From positions 10,138,741 through 10,202,740 of the forward strand of contig OZ037768.1 of the NCBI GenBank assembly GCA_964035545.1: a stretch of 64,000 bases of DNA, in the 5' to 3' direction. This document shows, in pieces, positions 27,218 through 60,600 of the stretch. The notes beneath the pieces are model-generated. The model was not told the origin of the DNA. It made no database searches and was given only the letters and a program-made list of their open reading frames with translations. Position 1 is the first letter of the stretch. Each line of letters starts with the position of its first letter. Source of the stretch: Bugula neritina. Lineage: Eukaryota > Animalia > Bryozoa. Position numbers and translations under genes: made by a program.

Positions 27218-27665
27218 GGTCATTTCGTACACAAGTCATTTCGTACGCACTTTTTCAGGTCGTTTCGTGCACATCAATATAGATAAACTAAAATTATACA
27301 TATTTTTATACGATGAGTTATACATTACTGCTCACAAATATTTGTAACTTGCACATTTCATTTCACCCATGCTTATTTATTGAATTGGGGCTGCTCTTTT
27401 GGTTTAGATATTCATATTCATATTGACATTGTTATCAGTAGATGGCAGCACATAGTTAAGGAATATATTTTTTGTTAAAAAAAAATATGCTGAGAGAAAG
27501 AGAGCTGGGATGCAATAAATATGTAAGTTAGTATCATATAAGTGGTTATCTAGTGTATTAATTTATTGTTCATTTTGTGTACGAAATGGATAGCAGATTG
27601 TGTACGAAACGACCATTTTGTAAACGAAGCGACCGGTGTACAAAATGACTTGTGTATGAAGTGAC
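27218..27665. mobile_element. MITE family B with tandem ~15-bp subterminal repeats in inverted orientation
   Basis: Left end: 3x GTCATTTCGTACAC-like units; right end: 5x TGTACGAAATGAC-like units; AT-rich non-coding core. Confidence 0.75.
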
Positions 27666-30402
27666 AGTAACTCAAGACCACAGGACATGAGATAGAGCTC
27701 GCTAGATCAAAGCATAGCTTGATGTAAACCATAAAAACCTGAGCATTAAAACTAGAGTATCAGTATAACTATGCATAAACATGATAAGCGCACTTTCACT
27801 ATGTACAAAATATTCATAAACTCATATTGATGTTAGTTACAATCCAAATAAATCATTATTTTTATTATTTATTAAATAATACTTATACTTATACTCTCTA
27901 ATTTCTCACTACTGTAATTTACAGGAATCTCACTATTTAGTTTTGTATAGTTAACTTGATTTTACTCTATTAATATTTGTTCTTAAATGGATTAGTAGGG
28001 GAGGGGTTTTTAAATAATGATTAAGTTAGGTTGGAAGCCATTAGTGTTACATCAACTCATCAATATTTATGTTTATCTGCTACTAAGAGGCCTTAATATA
28101 CTAGCTGTAATATTAGCACTTATATGTCTTATAGTCTGTGTAGTTTGCTTCAACCCTGATGTTATTTTAAATGTAGAAGAATCTCTATATATAACTAGAT
28201 ATTCTTAATCCATAAAGGTGACATTTGAAGGTGATGTAAACTGTTGTAAGTGGTGAGACAACTCAAATAATAACTGTAACTGCCCTTCCAGAGAATAGCT
28301 GAGGTTGTTACTGATGGTCTAATCACCACCGTAACACTGTAAAGTAATTATGAAAGATGAATAAAAATACACGGTATAACTAAAGTAACATTCTAATAAA
28401 ATGCAAGTAGTTTAACAAGAATCTCTACAAAATGGTAATATAATTATAAATTGACATTAATAAGTTTAAAATATTATAAATACAGCATACCTCTTTCACT
28501 TTTCCAGGAGAGAGTTAGTTGGATTGTAATTAATACAAATAAGATTTTTTTCAAAGGTGTAGCGCAACTTACTTACTGAAGGTCTAGAATGGAACTGGTC
28601 CTTTTAGAATAAAATTAACTAGTGGTCCTTCTAGATTATAGAATAATCTAAGCTAGTTAAATATTGGGAATTCACCTCAATGCAACTTGTGAAAACACAC
28701 TGGCAGTTGTATTAGCATGTGTTATAATACTTATAACTAACCATGTTTGTTATTGTAAAGGTCTTTCAATTTGAGATGAAGGAGTAGGTAATTTTATGGT
28801 TAACTGTGTGGTGGCCAAATCACCAGCTGGAGATTATTACAAGCAGTTGGAAAGAAAAATCTAAGAACATTATTCCTATTTTACTTCACTCAAAAAGCAA
28901 TTATGTTACAGAATAAGTACTCACTAAGTAAACTGTAATTACAACTATTTACATAAGTTAAACACTTGAAAGTAAATACATAAAACTAGAACTGTGAAAT
29001 TTCTGACCATCACGTATAGAGTCACTTATAACCTAACTTATAACACATCTTGTTGTAATTAGAGCACTCTAAATTATGTTACAGCAGCCGTCTTTGATTT
29101 AGTGACTTTGTCAGAGTCAAAGTATGTTCATGCTGTCAGTGGCAACATGGCTTCCAGCTGGAGAGAAGTCTGGCTTTTCCTTGGGAATTTCATTGAGCTT
29201 TTGCTTGCATTTTTACACATTCACCTCTTTTAGAATTTGGATTAAATTTTTGTATAAGTTGTATATTCATGCTTTCAAATACCATGAATTTAGGTATTCT
29301 CTAAACCACTGAGTAGCTAAAATTGTGATAGTGACTATAAATTTGAGTTTCTTGTGTAGCTCTTTATTTAAATTCACTCATTCAAAACTACTTCAGAATG
29401 AGTGAATTGAAAACTTATTCAGACTAAAACTCAAAATGAACTGATGTTGGCTAACTTTGCTTATATTTATGTGGTAACAACCTCTGTTACGTAGACCATA
29501 GAAATATGTGATCTAATTTTTGTTTGTTGTTTTGCAGAAAATGCTATTGAATACATTTCATAAAAAATATGGACAGATTTAGTTATGCAGTCAAGATTTC
29601 ATCTCTACTGCCAGCTCTGCTTACTGTAGAAGGGTGCGGAAGTTGTAATGATGAGGAGCTATGATGTGTAGTTGGTACTTTGGTATGTCAATACCATTAA
29701 ATAAGATTATATGGTTTTAGGCTTAATACAGTTTGTAAAACAATTATACTACGGAAAATAAAGTTGCAGGATTCTATAAAACTCTGGTGCTCTGTCTAAT
29801 TTGATGCATGGATTTACTTTGTTCACTGTGCCCGAGTAGTTAATTTGGTTCAAATAAATATTGTGTATTATGATTACTAGGAAAATTTTGTTGGTGTAGA
29901 ATTAATTAATCTGTATGGCATATTGTTCATTAAGTAGTATTATTTGACTGTTCTACTGCTTTCTTATTGAAGGACAGAGTTTGTATAAATATTACTTGCA
30001 TTCTGATTATTTTATAGGGCTGGGTTTACTTTGAGTTTCTACCATAATGTTGGCATAGCTGATATAAAGGATAGGAAAAATATTTTCTCGGTAAATAGCT
30101 CTTAGCTTTAACATTAAAAGCTGTTAATATCTAGTGTAGCTACCATCTTGTATTGTTAGCTGTTGGCTATTTCAGGGATGTTTCAAGACATAAGATATAT
30201 AATATGAGATTTGTAAGCCAGCTCTGACTAGTTTCTTGGTGTCAGGAGAAGGAGCTGCATTGTACTGGTAAGTTTAATGTCTGCCTTGCTGTTTTAAACA
30301 CATATTAGTATCTATATAATTATTATCTTTTTTGGATAATTTTAGTCCTAATGTCCTTTTATGTTATGTCAGGTTTGCAGAGCATTGATACAAAAGTTCA
30401 CA

Positions 30403-31229
30403 ATGGGACAGAAGCTATCATGTTTGGGAAAAGGGAAAAAAGATGACAACTCCAGGATGAACATTTTTTTGGATGGGTGAGCTTTTCTGTCTCATTACTA
30501 ATCTTCTTTTTTGTAATCACAAAAGTCATGTATTATGCAAATCTAGTTATTGCACTATACTTTGATTATTTCTATAAAATAGCCTTAGTTTCTAATTAAC
30601 TTGCAATGTTAACCTTCTGGGTATAGCTATGACCCACCTCTATATACATTTTCAGTACTAGCAGCTAAGGCTATGCTCATTTTCTAATATAAATTATTAG
30701 AAGACTTGCTGACTCTATAATGTATTTGAAGGCTTCTTATGCACATGCATGGTATAAAGATTTGTTGTATTCTTTTATTTTGAAGATTTGTAAATAATGT
30801 GAAAGTTTAATTAACTGTGCTAGTGTGTAAGATTGCAACCTTCTGTATAATTACTTTAAATAACTTGTGTTTTGATGGTGGTACATTGCTGGTAAAAAAT
30901 TTTCAGTGATAAAGATGAACTTGACAACAACAATGCTCTGGAGCAGTCAGAAAGTACATTACTGATCAAGAGTGACAGCCGGGAGTTGCCCGAGGAATCT
31001 TGTGAAGAGTTTTCCAATTCTGACACATTTAATCTTGACTTGAATTCGGAAGAAGCGAAACCAGCTTTAAGCAAGGCTGTACAAGTAAGTGCATACATAA
31101 GCATCTAAATTTGTTATTATTAAATTTGATTTAATAAAATTTGTGAATCTGTAGGTGAAAATTATAGTTAAAATTGACTGACATTTTAGTCATAGTTACA
31201 GCCAGTCGAGTGAAAGTACTTCCAGTAGT

Positions 31230-31300
<71 letters not shown>

Positions 31301-31301
31301 G

Positions 31302-31347
<46 letters not shown>

Positions 31348-31375
31348 ATATATATATATGTGTGTATATATACAC

Positions 31376-31461
<86 letters not shown>

Positions 31462-31503
31462 TACTGCTCTAGTATGCACTCTATGTTAATAATATATATA
31501 TAT

Positions 31504-31570
<67 letters not shown>

Positions 31571-33431
31571 TACTGCTCTAGTATGCACTCTATGTTAATA
31601 ACCTGCTATGATATGTTTTAGGTGGACGAAGGATGCTCAAACAGTGTCTTTGCTAATTCTTTGCGAATGGTAAGGAACTTTATTACAAGCATGTAGTTTT
31701 CTATGTAGAGTCGGAGTTAAAGTTAGAACTGTTGTACGTACTTTGAAGACTGAAAATCTTTTCTTTTTTTTTCATCTGCAGAACCTAAAAGCTGCTTTAC
31801 ACCTGTTGCCTATGGAGTAATGAATCTAATATTTTGGAAACATGTTGGGTTTTTATTTGTGATTGTTATGAAAGATATTTGAAAATTATTTGTATATGTT
31901 TGGAATTTTGCATTTCATTAGAAGCAAGAGTCACAACCTTCGATGTTCAAGTTTTTACCTCCCCCACTTGCTGATGTGTCTAAAGGAGAAGATAACTATT
32001 TAGAGCAGCAGCAGTTTGTACATAGACTTCCTAACACCGTTCCTTATGACTGGAAATACATTTGCTATGATGCACAAGGTGAGATACTTGTGCTGCTTAC
32101 TGCAGTATTTTTGTTCAAAATTTAAAAGCTAAAGAGTTGAAATGTAAAATTTTATAAAGTTTCAACTTTTTAAAAGCTAAAATGTTATGCTTGTCTGTGC
32201 CATTGTATTCTTACTCTTTAATAATTTGCTGTAGTCTCAAGGGGTACTATGGTGGCTGTACCAGGAGTGACCGTGCCAGTTCTAAACATGCCTGTGACTT
32301 CACCAGTGTACTTCCTCTCGCTTACATCAGGTGGAAACTTCCTTTATTACCAAGGAAACTTGGTGTATCTTCTTAGTGCAAGTGGCTGGATCATGTCCGT
32401 CTCACCTTATGTGTTTAATGTCATCTCATTGCAAGAGCGAGCTGGTGTCATCTATATCGTCAGATATGAAAATAATATGATCATTCTGTCCAGGCTACTT
32501 CCTAATTTCAGTCGTTTTGTCAAAATGTGCGAATTTCGATTCTTGTGTGATGTTTCTACTGTTCTGCTAGATGATGACTTCAAGCAAATTATCGTGCTGG
32601 GCAAGGACGACAGCTATGTCCATGTCTTTTCGTATAATGGCCAATATCTTCATTCTTTTCTTCTGAATGACCGGCCTGATAAAATAACACAGCTGGTCTG
32701 TGGTGGTGACAATACTCTGCTTGTTCATAGCACGGAATCTTCTAGCACTAGTAAATTAGCCAAGTACAACATCATGTCTGGGAAACGCTTGTGGTGCCAA
32801 GACCTAGGCAGCATTAGCGATGTGGTCGCTAACAGATGGGGTCACATCTTCTGTCTTATGAAAGACCCTCTTCTGATGTCACATAAATATGGTCCACCTA
32901 AACGCGCCTGGAGTCTTACTATTCTCAATCAATTTGGTAATAGTAAACTCTATTTATTCGGTTATTTGTAATATCTTTATAACTTTGGCTTTTCAGCATG
33001 TGCTCCCTGGCATTTCAAAATTACTATTTTTCTGAAAGTAAACTTTCATCATCATTATTATTATCATAGCAGGACAAGAGCAGTCGTGGTCTAGGAGTTA
33101 GAGCGTTTGCCTAGTAAACATGAAATCATGGGTTCAAAACCCCGGTAAAGGCCATTGGTAATGTTAGGAAAAGCATTTAGTCATAATTGCTCCTGTGCCT
33201 CATTTGAATAAGTCTGTAGCCTGATTTAATAAAAAATCAGCGAGTTCTCACAGGGATGGCGATTATAAATTTGCATAGGCTTTTTGTTGTTGTAATGACA
33301 CGAATATTTTATTTCCAGGTACTAAATTAAGCTATTCGATGTTTTCTCACTCTGACATAGCTGGAGGCAATTGGACACCAAGGATGTTTCTTCAAAATGA
33401 AAACTTTATTTTGTACCATTCTAACATCTAA
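30403..33431 (+). CDS. Uncharacterised protein with an N-myristoylation/palmitoylation signal, acidic linker and C-terminal beta-propeller (NHL-like); exons 30403-30476, 30907-31084, 31622-31669, 31922-32078, 32235-32936, 33319-33431; ~423 aa
   Basis: Phase-consistent GT-AG exons; [13 protein letters not shown] start; blade-like segments [43 protein letters not shown]. Confidence 0.7.
31232..31601. repeat. (TA)n microsatellite containing a duplicated 44-bp unique segment
   Basis: Long TA runs; TATATGTATATATTACTGCTCTAGTATGCACTCTATGTTAATAA at ~31449-31492 and ~31558-31601. Confidence 0.95.
33078..33280 (+). mobile_element. tRNA-derived SINE copy 2 (Thr-AGT-like head with intact A and B boxes) in the last intron of the propeller gene
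   Basis: GTGGTCTAGGAGTTAGAGCG (A box), CT-AGT-AA anticodon loop, GGTTCAAAACCC (B box); body homologous to 11712-11908; (TTG)n tail. Confidence 0.85.
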
Positions 33432-34009
33432 CTGTGTTTGTAATGAAGCAATCTATATATATTATATATTATGCTGTGTACAAACTGATCTGTTTACACC
33501 AACTTTGCTGTTTTCATGCATAATTTATGGAAGAGTATAGTCTTCCACTGTTTCGTCAGATTGTATGTAATGCTTTGGTAATAAATGGTGGTATCTTCAA
33601 AAACAATTAGCTTATAATGTGTTGTCAGGGGCTATTGTTTACACAGCCATGGCTAGTTAATAGGTAATAAGGTGAGGACTGTGCTTTGTTTGTACAGTCA
33701 CTATATTGAGATACATTGATAAATTGAAAAGATTTCATTGATTGAATCTGTAAATTCATAAGCATTTGGAAAAGTGATTTGCTTACAATTAGCTCATGCC
33801 GTATACTGCAACATGTAAGCAATTTTGAGTTGAAACAACATGCTTGCAAAACAAGGACAAAATGAAATGCTATCTGAAGTTAAGTCTTTATATTAAAATG
33901 CGATATAAGATTAAATCTAGAAAGAGTATATTGATCATGTGGTGTTGATGTACTAAATGTAATGAGATAGTTAATTGAGTTGGGCAGCCAAAGATATCGA
34001 TATCAAGCT

Positions 34010-53658
<19,649 letters not shown>

Positions 53659-54616
53659 TGCTTCCTTTTAATACGCCACGTCATTCTTTAACCCAGCCTC
53701 TCTTTCAACATTTACTACGTCTGTGATTGATGTATCTATGCACTAGCAGCTTTTTCATGTAATGGAGTACACTTAACACAAAAGTAATTGTTACTAGACT
53801 TTATTAATAAGTGTTAGAGCAGATGAAGTTTACATTAAAGTGCAGACCAGCTAAACAGGCCAGACATTTTGATAGACTAGTTTCATGTTATTTTTAAAGA
53901 GCTTTCCTCAGTTAAATGCTCTCAGCAGTTTGCTTTGAGTCTGGTGCATAAGTTGGAAAACTTTGTAATAATGTTCTATTTTAAACATGTGCCTAAAGAA
54001 AGTAACAATTTGAACAATCTTTAGGTACACAATACAATTGAATTGAAACACACCATTTATATATATTCAATAAAATCTTTGTGGTTCTATACTGTTTCTG
54101 GTTGTATTAGAATACTACACTATATTTTTTATAATAACAGCCTTATTTCAATATAGCTATTTGTAGTGACTGTATTAAATATATTTTTCATCTATGTTAA
54201 ATTAATTAATTTTTGGGTGATATTATTGAACACTACACTGTAATTTGCTCAAGAAATAATTATCTGTCTTCAATAAAACAATATAAATATTGCATATCAT
54301 ATAAATGTTCAGCAGTTTGAAGAAATATATTAAGAATATTGTTGAATAAAAGTCAAAATTATGATGTATTATATATAACATTAAATTAAAAACTCAATAG
54401 AAATAAATTTAACAATTAATGAAAAGTGACAATTTCTAAAAATATTAACTGATTGCAATCAATTCACAGAGACAACGACAAATTATTCTGGATGAATGTT
54501 TATCACGGAATATAAAATGCATTAAATAGAAGAAGAAGCAAGGCAAGTTGCTACTACAAAAATAATACAACACTAATTTTTGTACCATCAAATTTCTTCC
54601 TTTACCAAGTGGCGCC

Positions 54617-57600
54617 TTATGAACCAAACTCCAAAGTATCATCAGTAATGGGCTTGAACTCATAGCTGCCTCTCCCGTCCATATGGAGATAGTACTAGAA
54701 TTGATTTATGATTTATTAGCATATTATACAAGTGATGAGAAACAATAAGAAATATATTAATACAGCCTAGAAGGAACAATGAATAATCAGTTACAATCAA
54801 AAAATATATATATTATTTCTGGCAAATTGGTGTCAAAAGGGTTCAAGGTCAATTGCAGGCAAGTAATTTTCTACACAAACTAGCCAACTTAGTTTAAACT
54901 AGATGACAATAATGGCAGCTGAGATGTCCTAGAAAAGGTGAGTTATGACCTTGGCTCCCGAATTAATTTCATACCTTGTAACTACAGGCTAAAACTCACC
55001 TCATGGTGGGTCCACAAAGATTTCCTATGAGACACTGTGAAGAGTGTAATACCGGTTTCCTTACAGTACTGGTACATGGCACCCTCTACGTCCACACTAA
55101 CAGCACTGGTACATTCATCTAGTATAGCAAACTGTGGCTTGTGGTAAAACAATCTTGCCATCTACAATTTACAAAGCAAAATCAAATAGAAGCAAGGATA
55201 AATAATCTATTTAACATTCACAACTACCAAACACTATGTAAGTTAGCTGAACTTACAGCAATCCTCTGCTTCTCTCCCCCACTGAGTACATCCATCCAGT
55301 CCTGTACACTCTCCCATCCTCCTTCTCTTTCTAGTATATAGGATAACTGTACTTTGTCAAGATATGTTATAAGGTGAGAGTCTAGAATTCTTTTCCTTCT
55401 CATATCATCCTTAGTGTCAGGATAAATTATCTGGTCTCTTAGAGTACCCAGGGTCATGTATGGTCTCTGGTAAAATAAATATATCTCCAACTAACATGCA
55501 TCATAGCGTGTGTGCGAGCTGCAATGACATAATGACATGTATGATATAAATGTTTTTGCAAAAAACACTTTACATTAAAAAACGTATATCACTATTATCA
55601 ATGTCCAGTTATTGATTTGGTTCTTACCTGTGGTACATAAAACAATTTGCCTTTCTCAGGTTTCGTCAGAGTTCCACCAAACAGTGGCCACAGCTACAAA
55701 TCAATTACAATACAATACAATACTTCATCATATTATATCAAATCTAACATAAGTTACAAGAGTGTGCAACTTCTACTAGAAACGATATTTGTGAAATTTT
55801 GTTAACAGCTGAGTCGATCGTATATAACACTTTACATTAAGTGTTAGTCAGCAGGATGTTACTTTATTGGAGAAAATATACTTTGAGAAATATGCTATAT
55901 TATGGGAAATCATTTTAAAACGACAACTTAAAGAGCACATTAATACTGAAAGTATAGGCGTCGACTTTTGATTTTTTCATCAACAAATAAGTGGTTAGAA
56001 ACAGCCCAAGTAACATCTAGTAATAGTCAGAAGACTAGAATCCTTGCAACAGCAACTGCTGAACACTTAGTCGTCCAAGCTCTTACCTCACCAAGAACTC
56101 TGAATAGGGAAGACTTTCCACACCCATTTGGACCACAGACAAGGACATTGACCCCTGATTTGACCTCAAATGACATGTCTTCTATCAGCACATCACCATT
56201 AGGTGTGACTAGTGGGACATTCTCAAACCTGCAATATTTTTTGTCAGGTACTACAATAACTAGAATCAAGACATATACTATATCTACAAATACTTTAACA
56301 CACAATTGTGATTCACCACTCTCTGGCGAAATATATTAAACATTGCACATTACCAACACCAAAAAAATGGCAAAAAGCTACGAAATATGGCTGGTGACAA
56401 AAAAAAGCACTGGCTGTCAACTGAGCATCTGAGCTAGGCTGAAATAAATTTAAAATATTTTAACTCAATAAAAAACATGCATAATAGCTTGTGAAAAATT
56501 TAACTTTTAGCTAACTCGTTTCAACCCATAGCTGTTGGAACATTGAGCATAGTTATGGACTTATGGATTGTGTTCACCCTCACAATAATGTCCAATTTGT
56601 AAATGGGATGATTGCTAATCTAACAAATAAGAATTTGAACGAGGACCATCATTTGTTATATAATAAAAGCCACAAGAATCATCGATAAGACAACTCTCAC
56701 TTGATGACATGATCAAGATGTCTGACTCTACCGCTGCCAGGCTTTAGACTAGTTGGTTTAGAGCGCGAGTCTCTACCTCCATCAGAGACCATAGTTCTTT
56801 GGTACCGTCCTTTGTTTAAGTCATTTAAAACTTGCATCAGTTCAGTGATACGAGCAGTGAACCTAGATGAGACAACTCCATAGAGAAAACATCAAAATAG
56901 CACACTATATAGACTTGGTAAAGTTATCCCATAAATATACTGATTTTTAGATACCATCACATGACGCTTAGCTAATAAACTTAATTAATTGTCACTTACT
57001 ATGAAACAGAGCAGGAAAATTTCAATACCCCAGAAAATATATGAAAAGATAGCATACATGTATATTTTAAAAAAGTCTATTAGATTGAAAATCAAATTTC
57101 CTACTGTGTTTGAAACTTGTAAAATTTTCAACATTGATCAACATTAAATAATACAAATATTTAAACGCTTACCCTGCCAATCTTGTCATCTCACGCCCTG
57201 CTAACACAATACGGCCAATTGCTTCAGCCATTTTCACCAACATTCTACCACTTTGATAGTAATCCTACAGAAATTCAATGCGAAACATTGCTACATTATA
57301 TGGACCCATACTAAACAGAAATATAATTGTGCCACATAAAAGTATATATAATAAATAAATATGCTTGTTGTTTAAAAAAAACAGTGTTGCCTTTAAGATG
57401 AAAACATGACAGGAAGATATGACAAACAGAAGCTACAACAACATAACAAAGTGCTGTTGTAATTATCCAAACATGTTGAAATGCAGTGCAGGATTACCTC
57501 CAGTCTCTGTCCATGAGTGGAGTTGAGGTACTTAGGAGTGGTGAGATCAAGGAATGGTCTACTAACAACAGTGTAACCAACCAGTGTAGCGATATCTACA

Positions 57601-60600
57601 GCATACACATATAGAATATAACATAGAGTAGATACTGGACTATAGAATATAGCATATAGAATATAACAGATATAATATAACATATGAGTAGAAAAAGAAC
57701 TATATCTACAAACACATCTCTACAGCAACTAGTAGAATACAGTTAGTATATAACAGTTAGTGGTTAGTTATGCAACTTTTCCATTATTCCAAACCATCTA
57801 ATCGAACCACTGTGTTTATAACACTAGTTTATAATGCTTTTGTAATATCCCTCATTAGTATTGGGTATTATTAAAGAGTCACATGCTGAGAGGGGTGGTG
57901 CAGGTCAAGTGTAATACCTACATTTGGCCACAATGTTATCCACCAGTCCCATGTAGAATCTAAACTGTATAAAACTTCTAATGTGATCAACCAGTTTCCT
58001 AAATGAACTCAAGAGTATGCTTTGTTCCTTCCTACTGCCATTGTAAAAGGCAACTTCCTCACTAAAACAGTGAAACGTTTTAAAAGCAAAATAACAAAAT
58101 GCAAGAAACAAAAAAGCAAATAAATTAGTCAATGAAACAGAAGTTAAATTCACAAGAAGGTCATTAGAAACTTTAATAATCTTAATACACTGAAATAAAT
58201 TTCAAAGTGTTCTGTAATAGCTGCCAAGAAAACAACATGTTATCATGCAGCCAAAAACTCACATGTGTGATGACAAGAATGTGATGCTAAATTAAGGTCA
58301 TAATAAACAACATACCATCACATAATTAAAACTAAACAATAAACTACTAAGAATATACCTGTTAGTAATGAGTCTACTGTTGACGTATCTAAACTCTCCC
58401 TCCAGTTTCTGTTCGTCAGCAGTCAATCTACCGACAGGCTGCCGGAGTCTGGTGAGTATGAGACCAGAAAACACCAGGTATGCAAACATCTTAGCAGGAC
58501 CCTGAGCCCCGATCTGGGAGGTTAACTTCACAGCATAGATTACTATGTCTAACATTGGCTACAATAAGCATAACAAATGCATTTACAAATACAGATGAAA
58601 TCAGGATGTGATTATTACTCAACTGACGCTTTTCATTTTATTTTCGCGTAACCAATATTAGTTTAAAGTTAGACATTTTAGCTGGCGCTGGCTTTATATA
58701 AAAAGTAAGATTCCGCCAAAAAATTACTGCTGGATAACCAATAGTGTATCGTAGTAGTATTGTAGATACTCTAGGATATCTAGCACTACAGGATTTTAGA
58801 GGCGTGTATTGTGTACCTTGCTAAGATTGGAATACAGCTCCGCCACGCTGTCACAGAACTTCTCAGTGTCTTGGGTGAGCAGCTGATCGGGATTGGAAAT
58901 TCTATTGTCTAAGTTACTCATCTGATAGAAAGTATATCCTCTAAAACCATATTCTAAATTAGTAATGTATACTTTAGAAACTAGGTAATTCAACATTAAT
59001 AGCCAACCCTGCACTTCATTCTAAGAAATTGCTACTCACTATTTCAAATTACTAATCTAAACTGATTATATATTTTTTATTAGTGTTGTACACAGTAGGG
59101 AAAATAACTGCATGTAACTCAAACTCAGTAAAATAAGTACACGAGCTTTAACCAATTAAAATACAGTGAAATAGCTCGCTCTGGCCATCATAGAACTTTT
59201 CCCATTTAAAGTGTGTTTGCCAAATATTTGAGTGTTTACAGAAATGATCAAACAGGACTCACCTTAAATATTGGTCATAGAAATGCTTTGTGAGTCGAGT
59301 TCTAAACCGGAGTTTAACTTCATTCAGACCGATCTTCATCATATTATTGACTATCGATATCTGAATACAGATCACAGGACAAATACACACATAATTATGT
59401 AAAATTTCTATGCACAGAACTATAAACACTTCGCGCAACTAAGTGTTGGAGTTTGATCTCAATCAGTTATTTCGAAAAAAATCATTATTCTTATGTTTGG
59501 TATTTACCAATGGCATGGCATACACGTATGACATCAGGTGCTTGAGAAACAAACTTTTGTTCCTTCCAATAATAGCAGCTTCGATGGCAGTGCCATTCTG
59601 TATCATCCATACATCACAATATGTCCTCGCCATGAGTGAACACGCAACCAGCATCAAATATCCCATCTGTAAAACAAAACACAGCATATCCTATTTACAT
59701 ACATAACACAAAAACTCAGCATATTTAGTACTTAAATGAATTCAATTATAGTAAATTGAATAGCTATAACTTACAATAATGCTCAATTTTGATTATGTTT
59801 CATTATATATGTGTGCCATCATGTTAAAAATTGATTTCATTTATGGTTGCATCTTGGAAAAAGAAACAACTCAAAATGAGTAAACATGGATGTCAGTTTA
59901 CAGAATTATTATTTTGATGTTTGGAGAAACACTGACCTCTGGAGTGAACCAGCCAGGCACTAATATCTTGAGAATAGCCATAATCCGTCTAAAGAACACA
60001 CCGTCAACGGCAGCCTTGTCTCTTTTCGGCAACTACCAATGTAAGTAGCAGAAATAAGTACCTCAAAACAGTAGGTGAAAATAGGACTATAGATTAACAT
60101 TCACAACCCACTTTTAAACTTACCTTTCAACAACTTTTACTAGAACTCAGTGAGTGGTAAAAAAGATCAAAATAAAACTTTTGATTCAAAGCAACCATCA
60201 GCTAGATGCCCGAAATGTTCAAATAAAGTTAAATTCGCAATGTTACTAATTCACTATCTTAGCATAAAGAAAAAACAACTAATATTGAAACAATGTGTGG
60301 GAAATGTGAAAATAAGCTTGAAAGATTTCAGCGTGAGATGCAGTTATGTTATTGGCAAGATGTAGTAAGAAATAGTGTAGCAAAGGTCTATAGTAACAAA
60401 TTATAAATTATGCAATTTATTTATTGATACTTTGGCAAAAGCTAGAACCCTCTTTAAATCTATAGAATGAATCCAACTGTAGGTTAGAATGTAATTTTTA
60501 GATATTATGTAACACTTGATATTAAATTATATGCCATTCACAATCAATAAGATACTCTATTAGGGCACAAGAGTCAATAGTTAGAAATTAGAAAAAAAAG

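Noticed and set aside
27218-27665. CRISPR-like repeat array
   Set aside because: Eukaryotic context; the repeats are short, inverted between the ends and have no unique regular spacers.
29538-30476. Several in-frame TGA codons in leader exons suggesting a selenoprotein or readthrough
   Set aside because: The exon phases do not join into one TGA-only frame, TAA/TAG also occur, and I found no SECIS. A normal ATG at 30403 explains the CDS.
31174-31515. ORFs of IYIYIY type (also 46493-46953)
   Set aside because: Translations of (TA)n microsatellites, not genes.
33078-33150. tRNA-Thr(AGT) gene
   Set aside because: The acceptor stem is degenerate and the sequence continues into a body shared with 11712-11908, so it is a SINE head.
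58062-58358. GTATATTC donor as a possible U12 intron in ABCD3
   Set aside because: It does not match RTATCCTT and has no TCCTTAAC branch site. I found no AT-AC introns in any model.
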